Virus record (IMG/VR): IMGVR_UViG_3300029288_000072
Coordinates: 96,001-160,000 of that record
Reading direction: 5' to 3' (one strand)
Source of the DNA: a virus
Taxonomy: Duplodnaviria; Caudoviricetes
DNA: 64,000 nucleotides
The position numbers and the translations under genes are program-made. This document shows, piece after piece, positions 46,694 to 56,823 of this stretch; positions within the stretch are counted from its first letter, which is position 1, and every line of letters begins with the position of its first letter. The notes below the pieces were generated by a model. The model was given only the letters and a program-made list of their open reading frames with translations, was not told the origin of the DNA and did not search any database.

Positions 46694-47395
46694 ATGCAAT
46701 TTAGTAATAATGAAAAAGAAATAATAAACACTTCTCAAAAAATTTATGATAGCTTTAATGCTTTTATATTCAGTAATGACACTAAAGTTTTATCGAAATT
46801 AATAGCAAGAACATTATTATTTAATAAAGTAATAGATGTTCCTGGTGATATAGTTGAGTGTGGCGTTTTTAAAGGATCTGGTATTGTATCGTGGTTAAAA
46901 ATAAAAAATATAATCAGTCCAAATATTTTTAAAAAAATTATAGGATTTGATTTCTTTGATACAAATAAATTATTAACTAGTTTAACTGGTGCAGATAAAG
47001 AAAGAATGGAAAATTTATTTTTAAGTAGAAATTTCAATTTAAACGAAAATTATATTCCTATTTTAAAAGAAATTATTAAAAATATAGGATTTGATGAGTC
47101 CAATTTTGAATTAATTTCTGGAGATATTTCTACTACATCTGAAGAATATGTTAGAAATAGACCAGGAGCAAAAATATCTTTGTTATATTTAGATCTAGAT
47201 ATAGAAACCCCAACATATAATACATTAAAACATTTTTGGGATATAATATCATATGGGGGAATAATAGTTTTTGATGAGTATGGATATCATCAATGGTCAG
47301 AAGCAAAGGGGGTTGATGCCTTTTTTAAAGATAAAAAAATAAAAATAAGAAACTTACCATATACAGCACCAACAGCATATGTTATAAAGGAGTAA
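46694..47395 (+). CDS. TylF/MycF-family sugar O-methyltransferase
   Basis: VPGDIVECGVFKGSG, IGFDFF, LLYLDLD and GGIIVFDEY. AAGGA SD before 46694. Confidence 0.85.
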   Translation: MQFSNNEKEIINTSQKIYDSFNAFIFSNDTKVLSKLIARTLLFNKVIDVPGDIVECGVFKGSGIVSWLKIKNIISPNIFKKIIGFDFFDTNKLLTSLTGADKERMENLFLSRNFNLNENYIPILKEIIKNIGFDESNFELISGDISTTSEEYVRNRPGAKISLLYLDLDIETPTYNTLKHFWDIISYGGIIVFDEYGYHQWSEAKGVDAFFKDKKIKIRNLPYTAPTAYVIKE

Positions 47396-47398
47396 TTA

Positions 47399-48106
47399 AT
47401 GAATATTGACATGATAAAAAAATCATTTTTTGAAAATTATAAACATTTTCCTGAAATTGCCCCGCAAAATACACTAATACATAAGATATTTAATGGATGC
47501 AGAATTCATACTAGAAGTGGTATCAAAACACTAATAAAAATTCTAAAACCAAAAAATATTTTAGAAATAGGATCATTGCATTTTGAGACAACAAATCAAA
47601 TGGCATTATCAATGGCTGAATTATTTCCCGCCGACGTTGGTAAAATTCATTCATTTGATATTAAAACTGGTGGATATGATGGTGCAAGACAATGTATTCC
47701 ATTATCAACGAGAATAGTATCTCATATATGGATTCCCCATAAAACATCTTATGATGATTGGAAATACAAAGATGAAGAAATATTAAAAACAGGATTTGCG
47801 GACTTGACAAATGAGCAAATTTTCGAAAAGAATTTGACATATTTAAAATCAATCGCGCCGACTGAAGGATTTGATCTAGTTTATATAGATGGCGATCATT
47901 CATTTCAAGGTACTATGTATGATTATCAATATGCAAAACAAGTAATAAATGAAAACTCTTTTATTGTAGTAGATGATATATGGGATAATAGACTTCATGA
48001 GGTTAGAGAATTTTTTGATAGTCTAAAAAATGATAAATGGGATTTTTATGAGTGGAATATTGCTCACAAAGATATGGTACAAAATATGGGAATATTCAAG
48101 CCATGA
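47399..48106 (+). CDS. Class I SAM methyltransferase (Methyltransf_24-like)
   Basis: KPKNILEIGS, SFDI, FDLVYIDGDHS and IVVDD. Confidence 0.8.
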   Translation: MNIDMIKKSFFENYKHFPEIAPQNTLIHKIFNGCRIHTRSGIKTLIKILKPKNILEIGSLHFETTNQMALSMAELFPADVGKIHSFDIKTGGYDGARQCIPLSTRIVSHIWIPHKTSYDDWKYKDEEILKTGFADLTNEQIFEKNLTYLKSIAPTEGFDLVYIDGDHSFQGTMYDYQYAKQVINENSFIVVDDIWDNRLHEVREFFDSLKNDKWDFYEWNIAHKDMVQNMGIFKP

Positions 48107-48732
48107 TCCATTGTATAGGCAATAGTCATGCAAATGTGTTTGTCGATGCACATCCAGCAAATATGTTTAATACTACATATTTAAACAATTTTTCATCAAC
48201 AAGTATTGGTCCTGTTATAGCATATAATTTTTATGACCATCATTTAAATAAAGTATATGATGTTCTAAAAAAAGTAAAAAAATCACCAAATGACTATGTT
48301 ATGCTAATTGTTGGAGAAGTAGACTGTAGATGGCACTTGCCTAAAAGAATAGACTCTAATAAAGAAGAAATATCTGTAGTAGTAAAAGAATGTATTGATA
48401 GATTCTTTAAATCTGTACTTGAATTGCAATCCCATGGATATAAACTCGTTTCTTGGTGTGGTCATCCCTCCACAACAGCAGGTCACGATGATAATCCAAA
48501 TGAGCCTGTATGGGGAGAATGTTTATTCAGAAATAAAATAAGTATTGAATGGGCAAAATATTTAACTGAAATTAGTAATAATAATAATATTAAGAGTATT
48601 AATATAACAAATGATTTAATAATGGAAAATGGAATTACTAATATGACATATTTTAATGACTATTGCCACTTAAATCATAATAAAATTATGCCATTAGTTT
48701 TAAATAAATGTAGAGAATTAAATATATTATGA
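48103..48732 (+). CDS. SGNH/GDSL-fold protein (esterase/acetyltransferase-like)
   Basis: IGNSH, GEVDCR and a C-terminal DYCH (DxxH). ATGA overlap at 48103. Confidence 0.7.
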   Translation: MIHCIGNSHANVFVDAHPANMFNTTYLNNFSSTSIGPVIAYNFYDHHLNKVYDVLKKVKKSPNDYVMLIVGEVDCRWHLPKRIDSNKEEISVVVKECIDRFFKSVLELQSHGYKLVSWCGHPSTTAGHDDNPNEPVWGECLFRNKISIEWAKYLTEISNNNNIKSINITNDLIMENGITNMTYFNDYCHLNHNKIMPLVLNKCRELNIL

Positions 48733-49352
48733 CCGATATTGTATGTTTTATCCATAGTTATAATATAAACAATTGTAATGAAATATTAAACTATTTCAAT
48801 GAAAAAGGGAAAAATTTTTTTAAAAATTGTAATAATATATTCCATTATAATTATGGCAATAAGCCAGAGAATGACATTTTTAAATCAATAAATTTATTAA
48901 AAGCAGAAGAAATAGAGACTATTAAAAATATATATTCATATTCTCTTAATGAAAATAAAAATACAAAAATATGTTATATTCATACAAAAGGCGTTACTAC
49001 TCCTAATAATATTTGTATAGAAGATTGGCGAAATTATATGTTTTATTTTTGTTGCGAACAGTTTGAAAATATGGTAAAATTATTAGATTCTAATGATACA
49101 TGCGGAGTAGATTTAAAAAATGATCCAGCATTACATTATTCGGGAAATTTTTGGTGGGCAAAGTCTGATTATATTAAAAAATTATGCCATCCAAATAATA
49201 TAAAAAGCCCATTAACAGAAAGACACAAGTCTGAATTTTGGATATGCTCTTCAAATGGCAAACATTTTGGAGTACACGATTCTAAAATTCCAGTATATGA
49301 AAGACATAAATATAGATATCTACCAGAAAACTATAAAGGGCAATTATTATGA
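48729..49352 (+). CDS. Putative glycosyltransferase-associated protein
   Basis: ICYIHTKGV..WRNYM..HYSGNFWWAKSDYI..EFWI, a motif set recalled from viral glycan clusters. Confidence 0.6.
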   Translation: MTDIVCFIHSYNINNCNEILNYFNEKGKNFFKNCNNIFHYNYGNKPENDIFKSINLLKAEEIETIKNIYSYSLNENKNTKICYIHTKGVTTPNNICIEDWRNYMFYFCCEQFENMVKLLDSNDTCGVDLKNDPALHYSGNFWWAKSDYIKKLCHPNNIKSPLTERHKSEFWICSSNGKHFGVHDSKIPVYERHKYRYLPENYKGQLL

Positions 49353-49912
49353 ATTTAAATGATTTGGCAATAAAACATAAAACAGATAAAAGCAACTTGG
49401 GTCACGGATATACAAAATATTATGAGGAATATTTTGAACCTATTAAAGATGATAATTTAAAAATTTTAGAATTGGGTGTTAGAGAAGGATGGTCAATGAC
49501 CATGTGGGAAGAATATTTTCAAAATTCTATTATATATGGGATTGATAATAATTATGAAGGTCTATGCCCAGAAAAATTTGATTCTGAAAGAATAATTTTT
49601 ACTTTATGTTCTCAAACAGATCAAAAAACATTAACTGAATTATCAGAACATGTGGGTGGATTTGATATAATAATAGACGATTGTTCTCATATATCATCAT
49701 TAACAATAAAAAGCTTTTTAATATTATATCCATTATTAAAGCCTAACGGACTCTATGTAATTGAAGATTTACATGTATGTGGATTTTCCGCAGAATATAA
49801 TCCAGATAATTTCACAACAATACAATTTTTAAGCACTCTAAAACATGATGAAGATAAAATCATAAATTTTCATTTAAATCAAAAAATATGTTTTATTAGG
49901 AAAACTTTATAA
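49349..49912 (+). CDS. Class I SAM O-methyltransferase (MycE/TylE-like)
   Basis: TDKS..HGYTKYYE..ILELGV..IYGID..FDIIIDDCSH..GLYVIEDL. Confidence 0.82.
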   Translation: MNLNDLAIKHKTDKSNLGHGYTKYYEEYFEPIKDDNLKILELGVREGWSMTMWEEYFQNSIIYGIDNNYEGLCPEKFDSERIIFTLCSQTDQKTLTELSEHVGGFDIIIDDCSHISSLTIKSFLILYPLLKPNGLYVIEDLHVCGFSAEYNPDNFTTIQFLSTLKHDEDKIINFHLNQKICFIRKTL

Positions 49913-49913
49913 T

Positions 49914-50612
49914 ATGTTTATTATTTCATGTAAATATACTAAAACAAGCAATCATATTATTAATTTAGTGTCTGATATTAGAAAATATCATGATGATGAA
50001 AAAATTTTAGTTGTTGACTCGGATTCATCAGATAAAACATATTTTAATGCTTTAGAAAAATATAATGCAGAAATTTTAGATGTAGCAAATCAAAATTGGA
50101 TGGTAGGTGCATATTGGAAAGGATTTTTTAAATATCCAAATGAAAATTTTTATTATTGTTTTCATGATTCAATGCGTGTAAAAGATAATTTAGACTATTT
50201 AAAACAAAAAGAATTAACAATGTTAGCAACCTTTAATCGGACTGGCCATATAAGTTTTAATGCATGGAATAAAAGAATAAATACTGAAACAAAATATAAA
50301 GTAACAAATACTGGATATGGATGTTATGGTCCAATTTTTATGATTTCTAATAGATTATTTACTAACTTATATAATAATAATGCACATGTTTTATTACCAG
50401 CAAATAAAGCCGAAACTGGATTTATGGAGGGGGCATTTGGGGCATTGTTTGAATGTGAAGGGTTCAATTTAATGGAGTGTTCTTTATATGGAGATATTCT
50501 AGAACAAGAGTCTCCTGGCGGGAAATCATATCCTCAACCTTTTTATACTGGATGGCAATATCCTATAGAAAAATTTTATGCTTCTCATATAGATAATACT
50601 AGGAAACTCTAA
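49914..50612 (+). CDS. Putative GT-A glycosyltransferase
   Basis: ILVVDSDS and YYCFHDSM; cluster context. Confidence 0.55.
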   Translation: MFIISCKYTKTSNHIINLVSDIRKYHDDEKILVVDSDSSDKTYFNALEKYNAEILDVANQNWMVGAYWKGFFKYPNENFYYCFHDSMRVKDNLDYLKQKELTMLATFNRTGHISFNAWNKRINTETKYKVTNTGYGCYGPIFMISNRLFTNLYNNNAHVLLPANKAETGFMEGAFGALFECEGFNLMECSLYGDILEQESPGGKSYPQPFYTGWQYPIEKFYASHIDNTRKL

Positions 50613-51406
50613 TGAAAACTGGATTCATAATATTTGCACATTGTAATGGACATACAAAGGAAGATGTTGATGATATAATAGAAAATATATCAGTTTTTCA
50701 TCCAGAATGTGAATTTTTTATAAATCATCCAACAATTAGTCATGAAAAAATATTTACGACTCACAATTTAGGACCACTTAATAAATCATCATTTATTTTT
50801 GGTGCATTTGTTGATATCATAAATAAACTGTCAATAGAAGATATACATAAATGCGATAATTTTTGTTTGGTTTCGGCTAACCAATATTTTATAGATAATA
50901 TAAAAGCAGAAAAAAATATAAATTATGTACAATTTTATAATACAGACGATTGGACAAATAGATATAATGGTAAAGATTTTTCAACTAATATTATAGGAAC
51001 CCCATTAAGGCAACCCTATGGTGTATGGGATCAAAAATGTTTTTATAAAAAAATTGGGATTTCTAATCCAATGGCGTCTAATTGGGAAGGTGCTATATTA
51101 ACAAAAGAATCAATGATATTATGCAAACAATATATAAATGTTGCTATTCAAGAATATCCAAATTCAGATTTAATATCATTATTTCCCGGTTATATGGCTT
51201 TAAAATCAGGACAAGAATGGAAATTTCCTTCATTTTTTGGTACATTTGATCCATCAAATAGACCTATTTTTAATCATATTATAACAATAGATCAACTTAT
51301 AAATAAAAAACGGGAAGGATATTCAACGATAAAAAGAGTTAATTATGAAAAAAATTGCCCAATTAAAGATTATATAAGAAAAAATTATTATAAAAAGGAA
51401 ATATAA
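50612..51406 (+). CDS. Hypothetical protein, possibly a glycosyltransferase
   Basis: MKTGFIIFAH N-terminus and cluster context only. Confidence 0.45.
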   Translation: MKTGFIIFAHCNGHTKEDVDDIIENISVFHPECEFFINHPTISHEKIFTTHNLGPLNKSSFIFGAFVDIINKLSIEDIHKCDNFCLVSANQYFIDNIKAEKNINYVQFYNTDDWTNRYNGKDFSTNIIGTPLRQPYGVWDQKCFYKKIGISNPMASNWEGAILTKESMILCKQYINVAIQEYPNSDLISLFPGYMALKSGQEWKFPSFFGTFDPSNRPIFNHIITIDQLINKKREGYSTIKRVNYEKNCPIKDYIRKNYYKKEI

Positions 51407-51771
51407 TGAGTACTGATAATAGACCAAAAACAATAATATGCGATATAGATGGAACATTATTTAAACACGAAGGCGATATTACACAGCAACACTTAATTGT
51501 TCCGACTTTATTACCGGGTGTTAAAGAAAAGATACAAGAATGGGATAGAAAAGGATATAGAATTATATTAATGTCTGGTAGAAGAGAGAGTACAAGAAAA
51601 TATACAGAAAAACAATTAACTGATGCTGGTATATTTTTTGATCAATTAATATTGGGTGTAACTGGAGGAATACGAGTTTTAATAAATGATAGAAAACCAA
51701 ATGGTACATTTGATACCGCAGAAGCAATAAATTTAGAACGAAACAGTGGCATGGAGAATATCAATGTATAA
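51406..51771 (+). CDS. Small HAD phosphatase (BcbF/EcbF-like)
   Basis: ICDIDGTL, ILMSGR and LINDRKP. Confidence 0.8.
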   Translation: MSTDNRPKTIICDIDGTLFKHEGDITQQHLIVPTLLPGVKEKIQEWDRKGYRIILMSGRRESTRKYTEKQLTDAGIFFDQLILGVTGGIRVLINDRKPNGTFDTAEAINLERNSGMENINV

Positions 51772-52105
51772 AAAAATAGATAAACCATGGGGATATGAAG
51801 AAATTTTAGAACAAAATGATATGTATGTTGTAAAACGTCTTTTTATGAAGAAAGGAAATAAATGCAGTTTACAATATCATGAAAAAAAGAAAGAAACTTT
51901 TATTTTATTAAGCGGAATCATGAAATTTACATACGGTAATACTCAAAAGAATTTAAAAGAATATATTTACAACCCTGGAGAATTTATTACTATAGATCCT
52001 ATGAAAGTGCATAGAATGGAGGCTATAGAAGATATACTTTATATTGAAGCATCTACTAATTATTTAGACGATGTTATTAGATTACAAGATGTATATGGAA
52101 GATAA
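51764..52105 (+). CDS. Cupin (mannose-6-P isomerase C-terminal-like)
   Basis: KPWGYEE..SLQYHEKKKET..VHRM..EAST..DVIRLQDVYGR. Confidence 0.85.
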   Translation: MYKKIDKPWGYEEILEQNDMYVVKRLFMKKGNKCSLQYHEKKKETFILLSGIMKFTYGNTQKNLKEYIYNPGEFITIDPMKVHRMEAIEDILYIEASTNYLDDVIRLQDVYGR

Positions 52106-52108
52106 AAT

Positions 52109-53659
52109 ATGTATAAAGTGTTATTAACAACAAGCGGAACTGGTAGTAGACTAGGAAATATTACAAAATTTACAAACAAATCTCTTGTAAGAGTTGGGAA
52201 AAAACCATCTATTTCATATATTATAGAACAATATCCTTCTGATGTTGAATTCGTTGTTACATTGGGGTATTTTGGTAGTCAAGTTAAAGATTTCTTAGAA
52301 TTGGCATATCCTAATAAAAAATTTACATTTGTTGAAATTGATAAATATGAGGGTGAAGGAAGTAGTCTTTTATATTCTATTAGTAAAACAGAAAAATATT
52401 TACAAGAGCCATTTATATTTCATGCATGTGATACTATTACATTTGATGAAATATTACCACCAACACAAAATTGGTTGGCCGGGTGTTCTTCTGGCGACCC
52501 ATCACAATATAGATCATTTAATACATTAAATGATAAAGTTATATGTTTAAATGAAAAAGGAGAGAGTAATTGTAATTATTATTATATGGGAATATGTGGA
52601 ATAAAAGATTATGAGTTTTTTTGGGATAGATTAAAAACTATTTTAAAAGAAAATGCAAAAGAACAATCTTTATCAGATTGTCATGTAATACGAGATTTAT
52701 TATTACATAAAGACGTGACATATAAAGAATTTACAAGTTGGTTAGATATAGGAAACATGAAAGGTCTTTCTCATGCAAGAACTCATATAAATGACGAATT
52801 TCATATATTAGATAAAGATGATGAAAGCATTTTTATTTTTGAAAATTTTGTTATAAAATTCTTTTATGATAAAAAAACATGTTTAAATAGAGTAAAACGG
52901 GGTGATATATTATATCCATATGCACCAAAAATGTTAGGATATAGAGATAATTTTTACAAATATGAATATGCTAAAGGAGACTTATTATCCAGAGCAGCTA
53001 CAGAAGAAAATATAGAAAAATTAATAAATTGGGCATCTGCGTGTATCTGGAATACAAAAACAAATGAAGAGTTTGAAAAGATTTGTGAAGACTTTTATAT
53101 AAAGAAAACAGAAAAAAGATTGTTGGATTTTTATAATAAAAATAATATAAAAGATTGTTCTGAAACTATAAATGGATACAAAATTCCTCCATTATTCGAC
53201 TTATTAGGAAGAGCAAAAGAAATATTATTAAAAGATTGCATTCCTACAGGATTCCATGGAGACTTTATTTTAGATAATATATTAATTGATAAAGATAATT
53301 TTATTTTACTTGATTGGAGACAGGATTTCGGTGGAAAAATTGATATAGGTGATATGTATTATGATTTAAGCAAACTAAATCATAATTTTATTGTTAATCA
53401 TGATATTGTAAATAATAATTTATTTACAATTAATATTGATAAAAATAATATATCATGTGATATTTTATGTCATTATAATCTTATAAAATGTCAACAAAGA
53501 TTTTTGGATATAGTTAATAAAAAAGGATTCAACATTAAAAAGATAAAAATATTAACTTCTATTATATGGTTAAATATGTCGCCACTACATGAATATAAGG
53601 TTGGATTATTCTTATATTATTTTGGAAAATATAATCTCTGGAGAACATTAAATGTTTAA
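52109..53659 (+). CDS. Nucleotidyltransferase + APH/choline-kinase-like phosphotransferase fusion
   Basis: SGTGSRLG..NKSL, FHACD and WLDIG in the N-terminal half. FHGDFILDNIL..LLDWR..YYDLSKL in the C-terminal half. Confidence 0.85.
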   Translation: MYKVLLTTSGTGSRLGNITKFTNKSLVRVGKKPSISYIIEQYPSDVEFVVTLGYFGSQVKDFLELAYPNKKFTFVEIDKYEGEGSSLLYSISKTEKYLQEPFIFHACDTITFDEILPPTQNWLAGCSSGDPSQYRSFNTLNDKVICLNEKGESNCNYYYMGICGIKDYEFFWDRLKTILKENAKEQSLSDCHVIRDLLLHKDVTYKEFTSWLDIGNMKGLSHARTHINDEFHILDKDDESIFIFENFVIKFFYDKKTCLNRVKRGDILYPYAPKMLGYRDNFYKYEYAKGDLLSRAATEENIEKLINWASACIWNTKTNEEFEKICEDFYIKKTEKRLLDFYNKNNIKDCSETINGYKIPPLFDLLGRAKEILLKDCIPTGFHGDFILDNILIDKDNFILLDWRQDFGGKIDIGDMYYDLSKLNHNFIVNHDIVNNNLFTINIDKNNISCDILCHYNLIKCQQRFLDIVNKKGFNIKKIKILTSIIWLNMSPLHEYKVGLFLYYFGKYNLWRTLNV

Positions 53660-54209
53660 TATTAACTATGTATCTACCTTATTATCAAGGGAGTTTCCTC
53701 ACATTTTAGAGTTTGGAGTATATAAAGGATATACTATTTCTCAAATCAAAAAATATGTCAGAGAAGATTATAAAATATACGGATTTGATTCGTTTGAGGG
53801 TCTTCCAGAAGATTGGGAAAATACTGTTTGTAAAAAAGGGGTTTTTTCTACTAATGGGGCTATTCCAAGTATTCCCGGTGTTAAATTTTTTAAAGGTTTG
53901 TTTGATGATACAATAAAAGAATATTTAAAAGAAGCAGATAATATATCATTATTACATGTAGATTGTGATTTATATTCATCAACAAAAACTGTTCTTTGGA
54001 ATTTGAATGACTATATAAAGAAAGACACTATTATCGTATTTGATGAGTGGTTTTACTGTTCTGACTATGGTTATAAATTTAATTCAGATCATGAACAAAA
54101 ATGTTTTTATGAGTGGTGTCGGGAGTTTAATAGAGATTATGATTTTTTTGATGATAATACTAGAGACGAAAATGCACACGAAAGAAAATTAGTGAGGATT
54201 ATAAAATGA
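53652..54209 (+). CDS. TylF-like SAM methyltransferase
   Basis: LEFGVYKG, YGFDSFEGLPEDW, LLHVDCDLYSS and IVFDE. Confidence 0.85.
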   Translation: MFNINYVSTLLSREFPHILEFGVYKGYTISQIKKYVREDYKIYGFDSFEGLPEDWENTVCKKGVFSTNGAIPSIPGVKFFKGLFDDTIKEYLKEADNISLLHVDCDLYSSTKTVLWNLNDYIKKDTIIVFDEWFYCSDYGYKFNSDHEQKCFYEWCREFNRDYDFFDDNTRDENAHERKLVRIIK

Positions 54210-55168
54210 AATATTGTATTGGTCCTATGTCAAGAAATGTCGTTGATACTATTATAAATTTTTCAAATAATTATAATATAAAAATAGGTCTTATACCATC
54301 ACGAAGACAAATTGAATTTAATGGTGGTTATTCTAATAATTGGACAACATACGAATTTTCTAAATATGTAAAATCAAAATCAAAAAACATTTTTTTACAG
54401 CGTGATCATGGTGGCCCAAAACAGGGGGCAAAAGATGATGACGGATTTACATCATTTGCTGTAGATAGTTTAACTTTAGATTCAATTCATATTGATCCTT
54501 GGAAATATACAAAGGATTTAACTGAAGGAATAAATAAAACAGTAGAATATATAGATTTCTGTCTATCAATTAATAAAAATATAAAATTTGAGGTTGGTAC
54601 AGAGGAATCAATAAGAAGATTTTCTAATGAAGATTTAGATCAACTTCTAAAAACTCTTGAAAATAAATTAATTGATAAATTTGAAACTATTTTGTATGTT
54701 GTAATTCAAGGAGGAACCGCATTAAAAGAAAATACAAATACTGGCAATTTTGACGAACAAAGATTATCCGATATGATACAAATATGTAAAAAATATAACA
54801 AGTTAACAAAAGAACATAATGGAGACTATATAACACAAGATTGTAAAAATAGAAAATTTAACTTTGGGTTAGACTGTATTAATATTGCACCAGAATTTGG
54901 ATTAATAGAGACAAAAACAATTATGCAATATATAAATGAATATGAATTTGAAACGTTCTTTAATATCTGTTATACATCTAAAAAATGGGAAAAATGGGTT
55001 TCTGCGGATTTCGACCCTTATAAAAATAAAAAAACATTAATAGAAATTTGTGGTCATTATGTTCTTTCTAACCATATAGTCAACTCTTGGATAGAAAATA
55101 AGCATTTACATGCTATAATATATAAAAATATAGAAGGAAAATTAAAAGAATTATATGGAATTAAATAA
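54206..55168 (+). CDS. GatZ/KbaZ-like (tagatose-phosphate epimerase family) TIM-barrel protein
   Basis: SRRQIEFNGGY, RDHGGP, IHIDP, EVGTEE, VVIQGGT, KEHNGDY and NIAPEFG. Confidence 0.72.
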   Translation: MKYCIGPMSRNVVDTIINFSNNYNIKIGLIPSRRQIEFNGGYSNNWTTYEFSKYVKSKSKNIFLQRDHGGPKQGAKDDDGFTSFAVDSLTLDSIHIDPWKYTKDLTEGINKTVEYIDFCLSINKNIKFEVGTEESIRRFSNEDLDQLLKTLENKLIDKFETILYVVIQGGTALKENTNTGNFDEQRLSDMIQICKKYNKLTKEHNGDYITQDCKNRKFNFGLDCINIAPEFGLIETKTIMQYINEYEFETFFNICYTSKKWEKWVSADFDPYKNKKTLIEICGHYVLSNHIVNSWIENKHLHAIIYKNIEGKLKELYGIK

Positions 55169-55484
55169 CATAAAAAATATGATAAAAGGATGGTTTATAG
55201 GAGATATAACACCAGTCGCATTTAAATCGTCCGCATGTGAAGTTGCCTTTAAAGAATATAAAAAAGGTGATTATGATAAGTCACATTATCATAGAATCGC
55301 AACAGAAATAACTTTAATAGTATATGGTAAAGTTGAAATGAATAAAGTTGTTTATGAAAAGGGTGATATTATAACAATAAATCCCAATGATATAACAGAT
55401 TTTCTTGCGTTAGAAGATAGTGCTACAGTTGTTGTAAAAATCCCTGGAGAAAAAAATGATAAATATGAAGTTCATATCTCATAG
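55155..55484 (+). CDS. Cupin-domain protein
   Basis: KGWFIGD..HYHRIATEIT..GDII..VVVKIPG..DKY. Confidence 0.75.
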   Translation: MELNNIKNMIKGWFIGDITPVAFKSSACEVAFKEYKKGDYDKSHYHRIATEITLIVYGKVEMNKVVYEKGDIITINPNDITDFLALEDSATVVVKIPGEKNDKYEVHIS

Positions 55485-55917
55485 AGGTAATATTTTAGGT
55501 AAAAATCCAGAAAAAGAGAATACGTTAGAATATATTTATTCTGCAATAGATCGCGGATTTGATGTTGAAATTGATTTATGGTTTAAAGATGAAACATTCT
55601 ATTTGGGTCATGATGTCCCAACTCATAAAGTTAAACTTTCTGAAATACAACATCCAAATTTATGGATTCATGCAAAAAATCTCGAAGCTTTAAGATTGAC
55701 ATCAAAAATTTTAAATACGTTTTATCATACTGATGAAGACTATGTATTAACATCAAGAGGATATATATGGACATATCCTGGGAAAAAATTAAATTCTGAA
55801 TGTATATGTGTTTTACCCGAAACTGTTAATTATGAATTTGAAGAAATTTTATTATCAAATGGAATATGTTCAGATTATATAGCATCATATAGGAATATGT
55901 TTCCATGTTATCAATAA
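55465..55917 (+). CDS. Glycerophosphodiester phosphodiesterase-like (PLC-like) protein
   Basis: FISHRGN..ENT..FDVEIDLW..LGHD..WIHAKN..GICSD. Confidence 0.8.
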   Translation: MKFISHRGNILGKNPEKENTLEYIYSAIDRGFDVEIDLWFKDETFYLGHDVPTHKVKLSEIQHPNLWIHAKNLEALRLTSKILNTFYHTDEDYVLTSRGYIWTYPGKKLNSECICVLPETVNYEFEEILLSNGICSDYIASYRNMFPCYQ

Positions 55918-56813
55918 ATTTCCTACCATTTGAACGACCACATTTAATGTTAAGAACATTACAAAATTGGTCAAATATAAGCGAAAATTATAAAGATAAA
56001 TTTACAATTAATATTCATACAAAAATAGATGATACTTTTTTTAATCAGATTAAAGATGAGTTTAATAAAAATAATATACTATTAAATATAATATATCATC
56101 CATCTCATCATTATATGACAAAAATATATTCATCATCAAGTACTGAGGCTGAATATTCTATGAAAATTGATGAAGATATTTTTATAAATTTTCATGTACT
56201 TGAATATATTATTGATAATTTACCATTATTAAACAACGAATCTACCCTTATATTAACACCAACATTATCTACAGGAATTCCATCTATAGAAATGTTTATA
56301 GAAGATGTTTGTACGGATGATGAAAAAAATATATTATTTAATTTGTTTAAAAATACTCATATTCCTAGTATATGGGGGGCAAATTATACATCGTTAAATT
56401 ATCATAAAAAAACTTGGGATTATGGCCATTACTATAATATGGTTGCAACACTCTCTCATCATTATAAAGGTATACATCCAGTTAGAGTAAATCGACAGCC
56501 CCAATTATTATTGTGTGATTTGTGTATAAAATATATAGATAAAATAAAAAATAAAAATAATTACTATATTGATTGCAAACATATAACATATATATGTAAT
56601 ACGGTTTTTATAATAAAAACTGATATATGGAGAAATATTATAAATAACAAATCTTTATTTAGAGATGATTATGATGAAGTTCCATTAAATTTATATATGA
56701 AAAATCATAATCATAAAGTGTGTTTTATTAGAAATTCGAATGGTATACATCCAAGTTATAATACACTTGTTGGATATTCAGAAATATCAGATAAATTTTT
56801 TAATGCGTTATAA
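55905..56813 (+). CDS. Putative GT-A glycosyltransferase
   Basis: YSMKIDEDIF (DxD motif); cluster context. Confidence 0.6.
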   Translation: MLSINFLPFERPHLMLRTLQNWSNISENYKDKFTINIHTKIDDTFFNQIKDEFNKNNILLNIIYHPSHHYMTKIYSSSSTEAEYSMKIDEDIFINFHVLEYIIDNLPLLNNESTLILTPTLSTGIPSIEMFIEDVCTDDEKNILFNLFKNTHIPSIWGANYTSLNYHKKTWDYGHYYNMVATLSHHYKGIHPVRVNRQPQLLLCDLCIKYIDKIKNKNNYYIDCKHITYICNTVFIIKTDIWRNIINNKSLFRDDYDEVPLNLYMKNHNHKVCFIRNSNGIHPSYNTLVGYSEISDKFFNAL

Positions 56814-56823
56814 AGGAAACCCC

